A DNA stretch of 64,000 nt. Source: Camelus ferus (lineage: Eukaryota). The stretch lies in the NCBI RefSeq assembly GCF_009834535.1, contig NC_045696.1:26600001-26664000 (forward strand), given 5' to 3'. Below the pieces are notes generated by a model. It searched no databases, had not been told where the DNA came from, and saw only the letters and a list, made by a program, of their open reading frames with translations. Positions 39,120-51,451 of this stretch are shown one piece after another. The first letter of the stretch is position 1. The number at the start of each line of letters is the position of its first letter. Position numbers and translations under genes: made by a program.

Positions 39120-39330
39120 TATTTCCCCGTCAGTCATCTGAAAAATCAAGAACGATGACACTTGATAACCACACAATGGAAAGAGCATGGTTCTCTGGGT
39201 CACTCCTTGCAGGAAAGCACATAGAAGGGTAGCTTGATAAAAAAAATTCATCTGTGATAAAATCAGTCAAGACATAAACTTTCATTAGGTTAAAAGTCAT
39301 GAGACTCGAGGGTTGATTTCAGTGGGATAA
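39120..39330 (+). mobile_element. Old MLT1 LTR 3' fragment
   Basis: ATGGAAAGAGCATGGTTCTCTGGGTCACT...ATAAACTTTCATTAGGTTAAAAGTCATGAGACT. Confidence 0.55.
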
Positions 39331-39899
39331 GTTGGCCTTTTATGACTTTTATATCATTGTTTTATGAAGAAATTATGGTACACTTGACTGGTCTCTGTTC
39401 TTGGTGTTTTGAAACTTCTACCATGTTTATTAAAAAAAAAGGGAAGTAAAAGCATAGCTCAGAAAGGTTAGTTGTATCCAACTTTAACACCAATTTTATT
39501 TCACGTTCTGACCAAGATTTCTTGTGAGGGTATTTTTCTAGAGTCTGTAAAAGTTTTTTGTTGAAATATATTATGATTTTTCACCATATTGCTAAGATAA
39601 TCCATCTTAATCACAAAGTTTATTTAATAAAATTTATTTTCTGAAGACATACTTCTCCGAGTCTTTGGTTATAACTTGTGGCATTTCACTATGAGACAAA
39701 TCTTTTAAGCTTTTCTTTATTTGCTGCATAGCTGTCATTCCAAGTTCTTTTTCCCAAAGGTTAGATCCATACTGTCCTTATATACCATGTTTTCTTCTTT
39801 TTGTATTCCTTTTGCATTTTTCCAGATAATATCCTTTAGTAATTAAAAATATATGTATATTCAAAAGATATAAACTTTTTGATTCCCATATTTCTAAAA

Positions 39900-40360
39900 T
39901 TATCTTCAATTTTTCTTCACAAATTATGAAGGCACTGGCAAAGGTGCATTACAGGTTTAAAATAATTTCTGTCAAATCTTTGACAGCACTGTTCTTCTGA
40001 CTTCTAGAAGTCACTGTTGCTAATAACTTGTCTATTATATTCTAAGTTTCCTTCCTTTGGAGGTAAACTGTTTTTGTTCTCTGGAAGCTTTTCAGACCTC
40101 TTTAGTGTTAGTATTCTATAATTGCACAATGATGTGTCTAGTGTTGGGTAATTACAAGTTTATTTTGCTTGGCACTTGGTAGATTCTTTTGACTGAAACT
40201 TCCTTTCATCATCTCTGGAAAATTCTCTTCCATTTTTCTTGGATCATTTCCTTTCCTCCATTTTCTCAGTCCCCTTCAAAGTCCCACCACCCTCCAGAAC
40301 ACTGCCTAGATATATGATTAATTTCAGGGTTTGATGCTTCATATCTCATTTTCTTTTCTG
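39900..40360 (-). mobile_element. Very old L1-like ORF1-region fragment
   Basis: TCACAAATTATGAAGGCACTG...ACAATGATGTGTCTAGTGTTGGG...TCTCTGGAAAATTCTCTTCCATTTTTCTT. Confidence 0.55.
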
Positions 40361-40398
40361 TAGATTCATGTTATTAACTATGATACAGTACTGCATCC

Positions 40399-40401
<3 letters not shown>

Positions 40402-40447
<46 letters not shown>
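40402..40447. repeat. (AT)23 microsatellite
   Basis: Perfect alternating AT, 46 bp. Confidence 0.97.
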
Positions 40448-40450
<3 letters not shown>

Positions 40451-43400
40451 CATTCCTGCCTTTCTCACCTCTAAACAATTCAGAATCATGGAGATTTACC
40501 CTATCTTTTTAAGTATGCATTAAAATATATAAAATTACTAACTTTATGGCTATTTAACAAGAATTTAAAGTAATTCATAAATAACTTTTCAAAAAGGTCA
40601 AACTAAATCGATTTTAGATTTTACCCTTTCATCTATTTTTACCAGATTTTAATTTTTTCCTCTAATACTCAGACTTTACATTCTGGGGTAAAAAGCATAA
40701 GGGGTATTTATGCCTGGGGAGAAGGGTGCTCACGTTACTCGATCATAAATCAGAACTTTCTGAAGCAACACCGACTCTCTCAATCAGTTGATGCTTTGGA
40801 TGTATCATATGGTGAAGATCTGGAAGAAAATTGATAGTTAGATCTTACTTTTTCTTCCTGGAATCTCCCATTGATTCTGGATTCTTAATATATGCTCTCA
40901 ATATACAGAGATTTCTAAGTGAAAATTTTTCCCACCTCCATAATTATGCCTCTGAGATGAGTTATCTTCCAGGTACCATTGTTCAGTCTTGATACATACC
41001 TGCGTATGTTGTTTTTTGCATTTATGCCTTACAGCTAAATAATGTTTCTTATTACCTTTGTATTTCTGTATTTTCCTATAGGGTTTAGTTTCAAACATAT
41101 GTACGTGTGTGTATATGTATATATGAGTGTATATATATAAATAAAACTTTGGGTGACTATAGAAGGAGGAACTCTTTCATGGTCTTCAATGCTAATGTGG
41201 TAAACTTTCAGGTATATAGTGTAGTTTCAGGCTTACTGTGTGCCATTAGGCTCTGTGACTTGCAAACTGCTGTTTATTTCTTTTACTGATTTCTGTAGCA
41301 TCCTTCTCTCCATTCTTTCTCACTTCTTGTAATATCTCTTTGGATCTGGAGAGCACCTGTCTGCCATCTGGTTTCAATTGAGCCAGTTTCTTGGCTACTC
41401 CCTCTTTAACACTGATGACAGTTTTAGTCTCCAACGTTTTCTCTTATCTGCACTGCCACACTTGCATTTCTACACTAGGTATCATTAAAGCAAAATGTCC
41501 TAAAATTTTAACATTTACATTTTGACATAGACAGCTACAGTTATACAAAATAATCACTCATATCTCCATTGGGCCAGTATGAATGCTATCTTATAAGAGC
41601 AAAAAAGGATTTTCGTTCTAAGACTCCTGTTGGTGTTGACATTGCATATGGCCAGCAAAAACTAGTCAGCATTGAGGTGTAAGCAAGACATTTACACAGA
41701 AACTAGGAAACAGAAAAGCATTGGTATCTGAGGCTTGTCCTTTGAGGGGTGTTTAGGGGGGGCTGTGCTTTCAAATACCTTCCTTCTCTAATTGGTTGGG
41801 GTGATAATGGTAGGTAGATGAATCTTCAATAAATATTTGAAACTGATTAGCTGACTAAGAGCATAATTTATGTTATTTCAAGCCCATATTTTAAGCTCAT
41901 CTCATGATGAATTTCTACTTTGGGCTTCTATAAGATAAAATATAGAAGCATTAAGTAGAAAATAAAAGATGACATCATTTTCATCAGCTTGTGCTTAAAT
42001 AGAAATCCTATCCAGGTCAAGTTCCTCAGGTTCACAGGCGATAGAAGCACCTGTTTATTTAAAATAATGCAAATAATATGCAAAATTTGGAGGAAAAACA
42101 GACTGTAAAACACTCATAATTTGAAATATTCTTTTCACTAATACCAGAGATTTAATAAAAAGAGTCTATGATTTTGTAAAGTAAGAACTATTTAGTACTT
42201 ATTAGCTAAAAATTACACCTATAACAGCCCTAGAAAAAAAGGAACCCCAAAGACTCTTATTTACATGCATTATAGATGAGAATATAAAACCTGTCTATAA
42301 ATCAGGTTTGGAATTTTCCTATAATTGTGCTTTTCAAAGTAGATAATTAAATTGCTATGTCTTTGGGAAAAGGTCAGCTTGTTGGGATAGCAGAGATTAC
42401 TCTCTCTAGGGCATTTGCTCTTAATAGCCATGAATCGTTTCATAAGCTTGAAGGCTTGGCAAGACTCCATCCAGCCTAAAATACTTTGAAAATGACAGAA
42501 ATTCACTAAGAAACACTTTAATAGTTTTACTTAATCACCAATTAACCTGAATAAGTACCTTTGTGTTCTCATCTACTAGTTCACCTACACTATGATCAGA
42601 TATCAAAGAAAATGAGCATATGAAGCCTCCTGGGGTCTTGAGGGTTCATTCCTGTGTTTGGTTTGGTGTTTGTGCCCTGAGCTAGATGTAGAGGGCAAAA
42701 GATATGAACTCAGGTTCAGACAGAATAAAACCTCTCATTCTATAAATTGTTACTGAGTACCTGCCATCTGATTTTGCATTTTTATTGTAATTCCCATGCT
42801 GTGCCTTTATACAAATTACTAAGAGTAATTTCTAGCATAACTTTTAAGAGAATCCTAAAAGAATCTTTCTAAGATACAATGACAAAATCTATGTCTATAC
42901 AAGCAAAATTAAAATCCTTTGTTGAGAATGTTAGCCCTTCTAATGAGAAGCAAACAAACCAAAAAACCCAGTAATCTGATCCTGAATTATCTAACATGAA
43001 TATTCTCATGTTGATGGGATTATCCTACATCCCATTCATAAAGCCTAAAAGTAAAAGAACAAATTGATGTTAAATTATAAATGAAATATGTTGTTTTCTA
43101 GAACATAACTATCAGAGACATAAATATAATTCATGCATCATTTTCAAGTTGTGAGCCTAAATTTTGCTAAATTCTATCAACAAACACTTAAATTACCAGT
43201 AGCATATCTAGATCCCATAGGGAAAATTTTTTTTTTCATATGATACTTACTAGTGTATGTTTGATAATTATTTTGCAAAAGCTTATTTAATGGAACTGGG
43301 ATCACCATTGCTTAAAATAAGGACACTTCTAAAGTGAACACCTATTTCTAGATTATCCTTCCTGGTCATTAGGCAGCTTGTGCTTTCTAATAACATTCTC

Positions 43401-44306
43401 TGACTTCTCTGGGGTATAAAAGATTTTCCTTTTCTTCATATTTGTAGAAATGAATCTTCCCCTCATCTTAATGCCTTCCATATGTGTGTTGGCATCAACA
43501 ACTTGGACTCCTAAGGGAAGTGTTTAATACCCTGTAATGGCAGCATTTAAGGGGAAGCGGCAAAAATGGGGACTATTTTCTAGGAGAAAAATCACAGTTT
43601 TTATTAGTTAATTAACAAGGTTCATAACAACAACAAAAATATACTTGTAATTGCTTTTTTTCTCTGGGTTAGTAAGGGCTTCTTTCTTGGGACACTTAGA
43701 TTGTATTTTAACCTTAAAAATTATTTTGTTAATTGATGTTGATTTAATCATCTTTCCCTGTGAGCATTAATTGTTGAGCACTTTGTGTTATCAAAGTTCA
43801 AAATGAAGAGATAACTCTTGTTGTCACTTGATTATATCGACCTGAACATACTTACAATTTAGTAAATTGTTGCCTAGAACATCTGTCTTGAACCATCAAA
43901 GTATCCATGGGACAAAGTATAAACTAGTATTTTTCTTATCAGCACTAGTTTGGTTTATGCCCTTTTAATATTTACTGTATTTTATTATTATTAATAAGCC
44001 CTTTCTTTTATCAACTGGTAACAGAAGGATTTTTTTTAAGTTGACATTTATTACTTTTACAAACTGATTTCTTAGTCAATTGCCTGATTTTTAAAAAATA
44101 TTTTAAATAAACATGAAAGCAATTTCACCATAAATATATGAAACTGACAGAAGTTGTAGCTATAAATAAATTGCCAAATCATATTTTTTTACCTGTTTAC
44201 CAGATCCTAGCACTGCTGACTAATATTTTCATAGTCTTCTCTTAGTGTATGTGTCTTTCTACAATTAGTAAAAGACATTAAATCTGCATTTCACATTTAG
44301 TAACAC

Positions 44307-44848
44307 TGCTGCCCCAAAAGGGGAAGGGAAAAGACCTAAGTTTCTGTCTTACCCAAAAGAGAAGAATTCAGATGGGAGATGGAAGCATTGTGTAGCAAAA
44401 GATTTTAAAGGTTTTATTTAGCAAAGGGAAAGTATACCTCCAAGAACGGGGGGCAGGCTGGTCCGAGGGCGGAGAGCAATGGTCTCCGTCTCCCCCTTCT
44501 CTTATACCCTGGCTTAGAGGCGGTCTCTTGATTGACTGACAGCTCTTGCCCCGGGAGTGCTTAGTCATGCTCGTCCCCTTCTGCACATGTCCTTACCCAT
44601 GATGCACACAGAAAAATCCAAGGGGGGCCCAAACCACAATGCTAATTATATTACAATAAGCATTGGGTCATTTTCGGTTAGGTCCTTGTCACTACCACAC
44701 AGTTGCAGCCGCTGGGTTCTAACTGGTCTCTTGCTGGCACTCATTTAGAGGCAGTAAAGCCCCACTGTGCTGAAGGTAGGCATACGGCCATCTTCCGGAT
44801 CATCCTACCTCTCCTCCCACTTATCTTAGGTGTTGAAACTACCAAACA
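44307..44848 (-). mobile_element. Solo LTR, probably ERV1 class, relatively young
   Basis: TG...CA termini, exact TSD ACAC (44303-44306 and 44849-44852), minus-strand AATAAA near 44413-44418 and TATAAG near 44501-44506, CpGs retained, 542 bp. Confidence 0.85.
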
Positions 44849-45692
44849 ACACCTCCCAAGATTTATATGTGCATCAAAAGAAGTATTCCTAAAGTAAAAT
44901 AATCATAATTTCCACTAAACTTACAAATCATGTGTCATAATGTAATACAAATATTACATGTGTATTAAAATGTACAAAAGAATTCCAACTTTTGAGAAGA
45001 TTTTGTACATTTTAGGATTTTATGATTATCTATATAAAATGTATTTGACTTTAATGTTAAGAATAATTTTAAAGAACTTATTTTTGTCTACTATTTATTT
45101 AATTAAGTGAACAGTTACATTCATTCTAGTCTACAATTTCTAATAATATAGTAAAAAAATTACTACATCCCAAAGCTGTTTGGATCTGAAATTCATTTTA
45201 TTTCTCTGCTAGATCATTTAAGACTAAATTCCTTTATATCACCGTGTTTCAGATCATTTGTTCCATTTACCACTAATAAACTCTTTAACCTAAAAAGTTA
45301 TTGTTTAAATTGTGTTTTCCTGTGATGATAAATATCTGCAAAATCATTTGTTCATTGTTATGTCCAAAATTCAGTCATTAGCACCGAGGTAATCACTCTA
45401 CTTTTAATTATGCTGCCTGCAAAGGCTTACAATAGCTTCAGTTCTGAACAGACCATTCCTTAAAGCAATTCACCTCAAACTATTAAACTAAGAAATTAAT
45501 GGCTCTGTCGACCGTGGCTCTTTCCGGCAGATTACTTGAATAAGATAAAGTTTTGTGTAAAGCACATTCTTTTTCCTTTGTCCTTGCTTTGCAATTCATC
45601 ATGAAGTTTGATGACCTTCCTCCAACTCATCATTCTAATCAAACTTTCCCACTTGTACTAACCACTTCCTGTGGTGTGCATTTTAGTCATTG

Positions 45693-45696
<4 letters not shown>

Positions 45697-45740
<44 letters not shown>

Positions 45741-45753
45741 CGCGCGTGCGTGC
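45697..45753. repeat. (TG)20 followed by a CG/TG alternating tract
   Basis: Seen directly. Confidence 0.97.
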
Positions 45754-46139
45754 TGTGAATCTGTTTAGGGCAGAGAGGTTGTTACATGAAGAATAGTGTC
45801 TTAAGGAGTCATACAACAACACGAAAGAGTATAGATATTAGTGAAGGAAAAATAAACCAGTTTCTCCCCTTGATTTTAGCTTTGTCTTTCTGACCAACAA
45901 GTTACTGAGTTGCCTGATGCAACCCGTAAGAACTTACTTTTAGAAAGGAATTTGATCAATTCATTCACACTGAGATATACAGGATGAAAGGCTCAAATGT
46001 TGCTAAGGGACAGGGCTTTCATGATGTTTTCAAAGAAATACCACTATAATTATATAATATATATCATATACACTTTTTTCTCTTAATTTAAAATATATAT
46101 AAAATTTTGTTTAAAAATATAAATTTATGTTATATGATT

Positions 46140-47632
46140 TATATACAAGGGACAACTATGGCAGAAAGAATGGAGGGGATGAGGTAAGTGGGCCTACACG
46201 GCTGTGAGTTTTTAAAACTTTACGTGAAGTGGTCCAATTTTAACACTGAGTAGACTGAGATGTTAAAGGTACACACTGCAACTCCTAGAGCAACCACCAA
46301 GATAGTACAGGGAAGGTTAGCTAAAATCAAATAGTTAAATAAAATGGAATTCTGAAAAATGCAATTAACACAAATTTTGGATGAAATCAACAAATTCTTT
46401 GCAGAATCAACATACCAACTCTACACAAGATTAGTAGAAAACTGTAATATTCGTACGTATATTAAAGAAATTAAGTTTATTATAAAAAAATTTGTTCACA
46501 AAGAAAACTGCAGCCCCAGATGGATTCACTGGTAAATTCTAGCAACCATTTGAGGGAAATATAATCCCATCTCACACAAACTGTTTCAGAAAATTAAGTA
46601 GGAAATACTTTCAATTTGTTTAATAAAACATTAACTTCCCTGATAACAAAGTTACACAAAGTCATTACAAGGAAAGGAACTACAGACAAATAACTCTCAT
46701 GAACTTAGATGCAAATATTCTCTACAAAATATTTGCAAATAAAATTCAGCAATACATATCAAATCAGTATAATGACCAAGAGGGTGATAGTACCAGGAAT
46801 TTTAAGTTGGTTTAACATTTTAAAAAGTTAATGGAGAACTAGAACCCATTTCTCTCTTATCACCTCCAACTTTCATGTCATGGGTAACTTGTGGGAGAAG
46901 CTGGCAGCATTCACCCAGGGTTGTGTATGCACTTGGCCCAGAATTCAGAGAAGCTGAAGGAGGAGACCATCTGAGAACTGGAGGAGCTATATGCCCCACT
47001 GCTGCCCCACACTCACAAAGTGAGACAGTAGATTTTTCAAAAAGTCATTGTAACTTACTACATTAACAGAATAAGGGGAAACTCATATAATCATTTCAAT
47101 AGACTAAGGAAAAAATCTTTGAAACTATTCAATGTCCATTCACTATAAAAGTTCTCAGCAAATAAGAATTGAAGAGGATATTTTTAATTTGATGAAAGGA
47201 ATATGCAGAATTATTCCAAATAGCATGACACTTAAAGGTCAAAGACACTTTTCCCATAAGACCAGGAATGAGACAAGCATGCCTGCCTGCACTGCTTATA
47301 TTCAGTACTGTATTGGAAGTCATTCCCCATGCAACATGGAAAGACAATGAACTGTAAGACAAGCAGATCATAAAGGAGGTAGTAAAACACCCTTTATTCA
47401 CAAATGACATGAATTTTTCTTTTGTAAATGTAGAATATGTTAAAGTATCTATAAAACAAATACGAGAACTAAGAAGTGAATTTAGCAAAGGCATTGGATA
47501 CAAGGTCAGTATAAATAATAGCATTTTATATAATAGCAGCAAACAATTGGGAAATAAAGCTGACAATTAAAAAAAGTGTATTAATGATAGGATTGAAAAA
47601 CAAAACACTAACAATAAAATAATGAGAAGTAA
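46140..47632 (+). mobile_element. Old L1 fragments (inter-ORF and ORF2 RT region), interrupted by an insert at 46834-47038
   Basis: CCCAGATGGATTCACTGGTAAATTCTAGCAA, CCAGGAATGAGACAAGCATGCC, TTATTCACAAATGACATG (LFTNDM, compare LFADDM). Confidence 0.9.
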
Positions 47633-47637
47633 AATAT

Positions 47638-48190
47638 TTTTTTAAATATGTATATATTTTAATTGAGGTATAGTCAGTTTATAATCTGTCAATTTCTGGT
47701 GTACAGCATAATGTTTCAGTCATACATCCACATACATATATTCCTTTTAATATTCTTTTTTCATTATAGGTTACGACAAGGCATTGAATATAGTTCCCTG
47801 TTCTATACAGTGTAAACTTGTTGTTTATCTATTTTATATACAATAGTCAGTATCTGCAAATCTCATACTCCCAATTTATCCCTTCCCACTCCTTTTCCCC
47901 CTGGGAACCATAAGTTTCTTTTCTGTGTCTGTGGGTCTGTTTCTGTTTTGTAAATATGTTTACGTTCATTTGTATCTTTTCATCTTTTTTAGATTCCACA
48001 TATAACTGTTGTCATATGGTATTTTTCTTTTTCCTTCTGGCTTACTTCACTTAGAATGATGATCTCCAGGTCCACTCATGTTGCTGCAAATGGCATATAT
48101 TTTATTCATTTTTATGGCTGAGTAGTATTCCATTGTATGTATATGCCACAGCTTCTTTATCCAGTCATCTATCGATGGACATCCAGGTTG
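47638..48190 (-). mobile_element. Younger L1 3' end, 5'-truncated
   Basis: TTTTAATTGAGGTATAGTCAGTTT...TTTTTAGATTCCACATATAA...CTTTATCCAGTCATCTATCGATGGACAT. Confidence 0.92.
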
Positions 48191-48429
48191 GAAACACCAA
48201 ATTTAACACCAAAATTTGATGAGGCTGATGATCAACTAGAATTTTAGTACCTTATTCAGGGTTTTACAAAATGGTGCAATTACTTTTGGTGTGATAAAAT
48301 GACATAGCTACCTTTGGCAATATTTTATAAAACTAAACACATATCTTCTCTATAAGCCTTTTCAATGACTGGACTAGGAAGTATGGTCAGTATAACTCGT
48401 TTTTCATTGCTGTTTTAGAATACTCTTTC

Positions 48430-51000
48430 ATTATCGCTGTTACTTCCTCTTCTGAAGTCTGTTAAGTCCTCCATATTCCTTCACCTCTAAATCCTGTAGC
48501 TACACTTTACTGCTGTCCAGATGTATCTTGATGATTTTATTGATGAGTTTTCTTCCTTCAACTGTTTCATGCCTTTCCGCTTAGTGCTTTTCTCGACCAC
48601 TGTGATAACCTATGTGCATCCTGGCACCACAGTTCTTTGACCTTCTCAACTGCAATGATTTACAATTAAAGAGTTGCCATCTGGCAAATCCTCATCTCAG
48701 AAGAGTTTGTGTAGAGTTGGAACTTGAATGAATTTTCTCTGACTTATAGTTTTTAATTTTCTCCATTTTCCACTTTTACATCTGCTCTAAGGCTTTTTGA
48801 CTCTGCTTTTATTGTGACCTCTGATTCTTCACCACCTACTCATTTGCTTGCTTGTTATTTTTTTCTTTCTTTCTTCCTAGCACTGGCCTTGAAACTAGAG
48901 ACTTTCCATTAATGCTAAACTGAATTGATTCCACTCACCTCTCTAGTTTGGGTGCATATTGTGATCTGTCATCTCAATACCCCCTTTAAGGCATCCTAGA
49001 GTCACTCATCCCCTTGGCCTGTACTGCATTCCTGAAACTTTAATCACTTTTACCTGAGGTTTCCTCTGTTCTCTCTTCTACCCTGTTGGAAGTTGATGTA
49101 AAGAGTCTCTACAAATGACTGATTACATATAATAAGTACTATACCTAATCTCAGAGAGCCCTGGCTGTACCTCAACAGTCCTTATGTTCATCTTGGCCCT
49201 ATTCCTATTCCACACTCTATAGTAGCTATTCTAATATTTTTAAATTTCTTCAAATTTTTTACTCGTGTCCTTTTTCTTTTCAGAGAAAAATAATGACTCT
49301 CCTGTTTTCTGGCATCAATAATTCAGTGCTCGATCCCTTTTCATTCTGGCTTCTACAAAAGAGCAAGTTTTATTGATAACCACCCCTCTCCCCTGCCCAT
49401 TGCAGTTTTAATACTGTTTGCATTACCTCCCTTTTCCTCTTTCTATATAAAGTTACTCAGACCTCCTCTCTCAAAAAACAAATACCCCTCTGCCCCTCAA
49501 ATTTTTGCTTAGTACCCACCCCACACTATTGTCTCTAATATGTTAAAGACAAGTCTGCACTCATTACTTCTATTTCTTCAATTGTAAATTCTTAGCCCTT
49601 GTCCCCATAACCACTTAAGTCCCACCATGTGTGAAAACTGCCTTCAAGAAGGTCATCTCTGACCTTTTCACCAATATCAATGTTTTTTCCCCTTATTTTC
49701 TTCATCTTTGAACGGTAAAGATATGTATATTCTTACTTTGTATTTCAAAACTTTGATTCGGATGCTGTACTTGAATTCCATTTTATCTTGTAAAATTTGT
49801 TCTTGGACATCTTTTTCACTGATTTATTTCCTTCTCCACTTCCTTCTCAAAATTCTGTTCTATCTCACTCTTCTCTTCAAAAGGGTTAATGGCCAGCCAT
49901 AGCAACTGGCTCACCTAATTCAAATACCTCCATCTAAAAATAATGAAGTTCTTCTTTTAATGAAGAACTTACTTAAAATGCAAGGAGACATCAACTTATG
50001 ATTTAAAATATATTGTTTGCTGATGGTTAATAACTCTCTCTCTCTCCCTCCCTCTACACACACACACACATCCTAATAGAAATTAAGCAGATCATACATT
50101 ATAGTTGGTTATAACAACCACATACTTCAACTGCTGACAATATATTGTCCCACATTACTACTGGTGAGGCTTTTCATTATGAGCATCTGGGTCCCAGTTC
50201 TTCTGTATCTCCATCCTCCATTATCTTGTTTCCTGTGTCTGTTCCACATGGTCCACTTCTGGGACTCATTTGTTCTAACTCATTTGGAGCTCTCTATTTG
50301 AAACTTCTAGATATTCAGTCGATAAAAAAGAGCCTTCTCTTTTGTTGCTTCATAAAACCCAGCAACTCTACTTCCAGTAGCACAACCATTTCTGTGTAAC
50401 ATTGCTATTGCACACGTCCAAGGAATTTCTCCACTGTGGTTTTCCATCTCTCACTTCCAAATCTTCTCTGGCAGTAGAAGCTAAAACGAAAGTTGTCTAC
50501 TCTAAGCAAATGCTGCTACATGTGTTTTTTGTGAACGATACAAGAATTAAACTATAATCAAGCTACTTCCTGCTCAGAGAGTCAAATTTGCTCTCATCAA
50601 CATATCATGCCAACTCTAAATTAAATCCTTCTTTCAAGTGTTCCAAATTCTCCATAAACTTGATCAAACTTATGTGTCAATCTTATTTTTATTCCAACAC
50701 ACAGTGCTCCTTTCATCCCAGAGACTGCTCTGTCCCTGACATGACATGAGGTTCCCTGTTAGGACACTTCCTTCAGTGGGGTTTGTGTCACCCCCATGGC
50801 TATTCCCCCTTGCTGACAATATTATTAATTATACGTATTATTCATGGCCAAACTCGAGTCCTACTTCATCAAAGAACCATTCCCCAATTATTATACCTTT
50901 CTCGTCTTCCCTTTCTCTGGTAATATTTGCTCTGTACCACCACTGAGTATTTGAACACAAATATTATTGGCTTTTTTTAAAACTACAGTGAGAAATTCCT
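48430..51000 (+). mobile_element. Highly decayed L2 LINE fragments
   Basis: Long CT-rich stretch with L2-like pieces such as GAAAACTGCCTTCAAGAAGGTCATCTCTGACCT; not contiguous. Confidence 0.5.
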
Positions 51001-51094
51001 GCCGTCAGGTGCTTTATTAAATAAAAATATTTTTTGCCAGAAGGGAAGCAGACTTGTATTTCAGTTGCACATTTACAGTGCCTGAAATAGTATA

Positions 51095-51290
51095 TATTCA
51101 GAGAGTTTGCTGGGTGCCAGATGCTACCCTAAATTCATTTAATCCTCACCACACTCTGCAGTTGTTCTTATTAAATCCATTAAATAAATGGGAATGGAGG
51201 TTCAGAGAGGTTAAATCTCCAAGGTCAGAGAGCTAATCAAAACCAGCTATGTTTGATTGCAAAGCCCATAATCCTTCTATTATACCTGGA
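51095..51290 (-). mobile_element. MIR fragment
   Basis: TCATTTAATCCTCACCAC...GAGGTTCAGAGAGGTTAAATCTCCAAGGTCAGAGAGCTAA. Confidence 0.75.
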
Positions 51291-51427
51291 AGATTCCAAA
51301 TACTTGTGAAATGACTGTTTTAAATAAAAAGACTGAATTGGTTTAATATGATGGCAAGTATTTATACGTAAATATTCTGCCTAACTTTGAGGCTGCACTA
51401 TGAAAATAATCCTCTTTCTTCTGGTAT

Positions 51428-51451
51428 TTGTTGTTGTTGTTGTTGTTGTTG
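51428..51451. repeat. (TTG)8 microsatellite
   Basis: Seen directly. Confidence 0.95.

Noticed and set aside
41246..41434. Charged, protein-like minus ORF (KEGVAKKLAQLKPDGRQ...)
   Set aside because: Explained by purine bias on that strand; no splice frame or recognisable homologue.
47129..47566. 145-aa minus-strand ORF
   Set aside because: Antisense frame of a decayed L1 ORF2.
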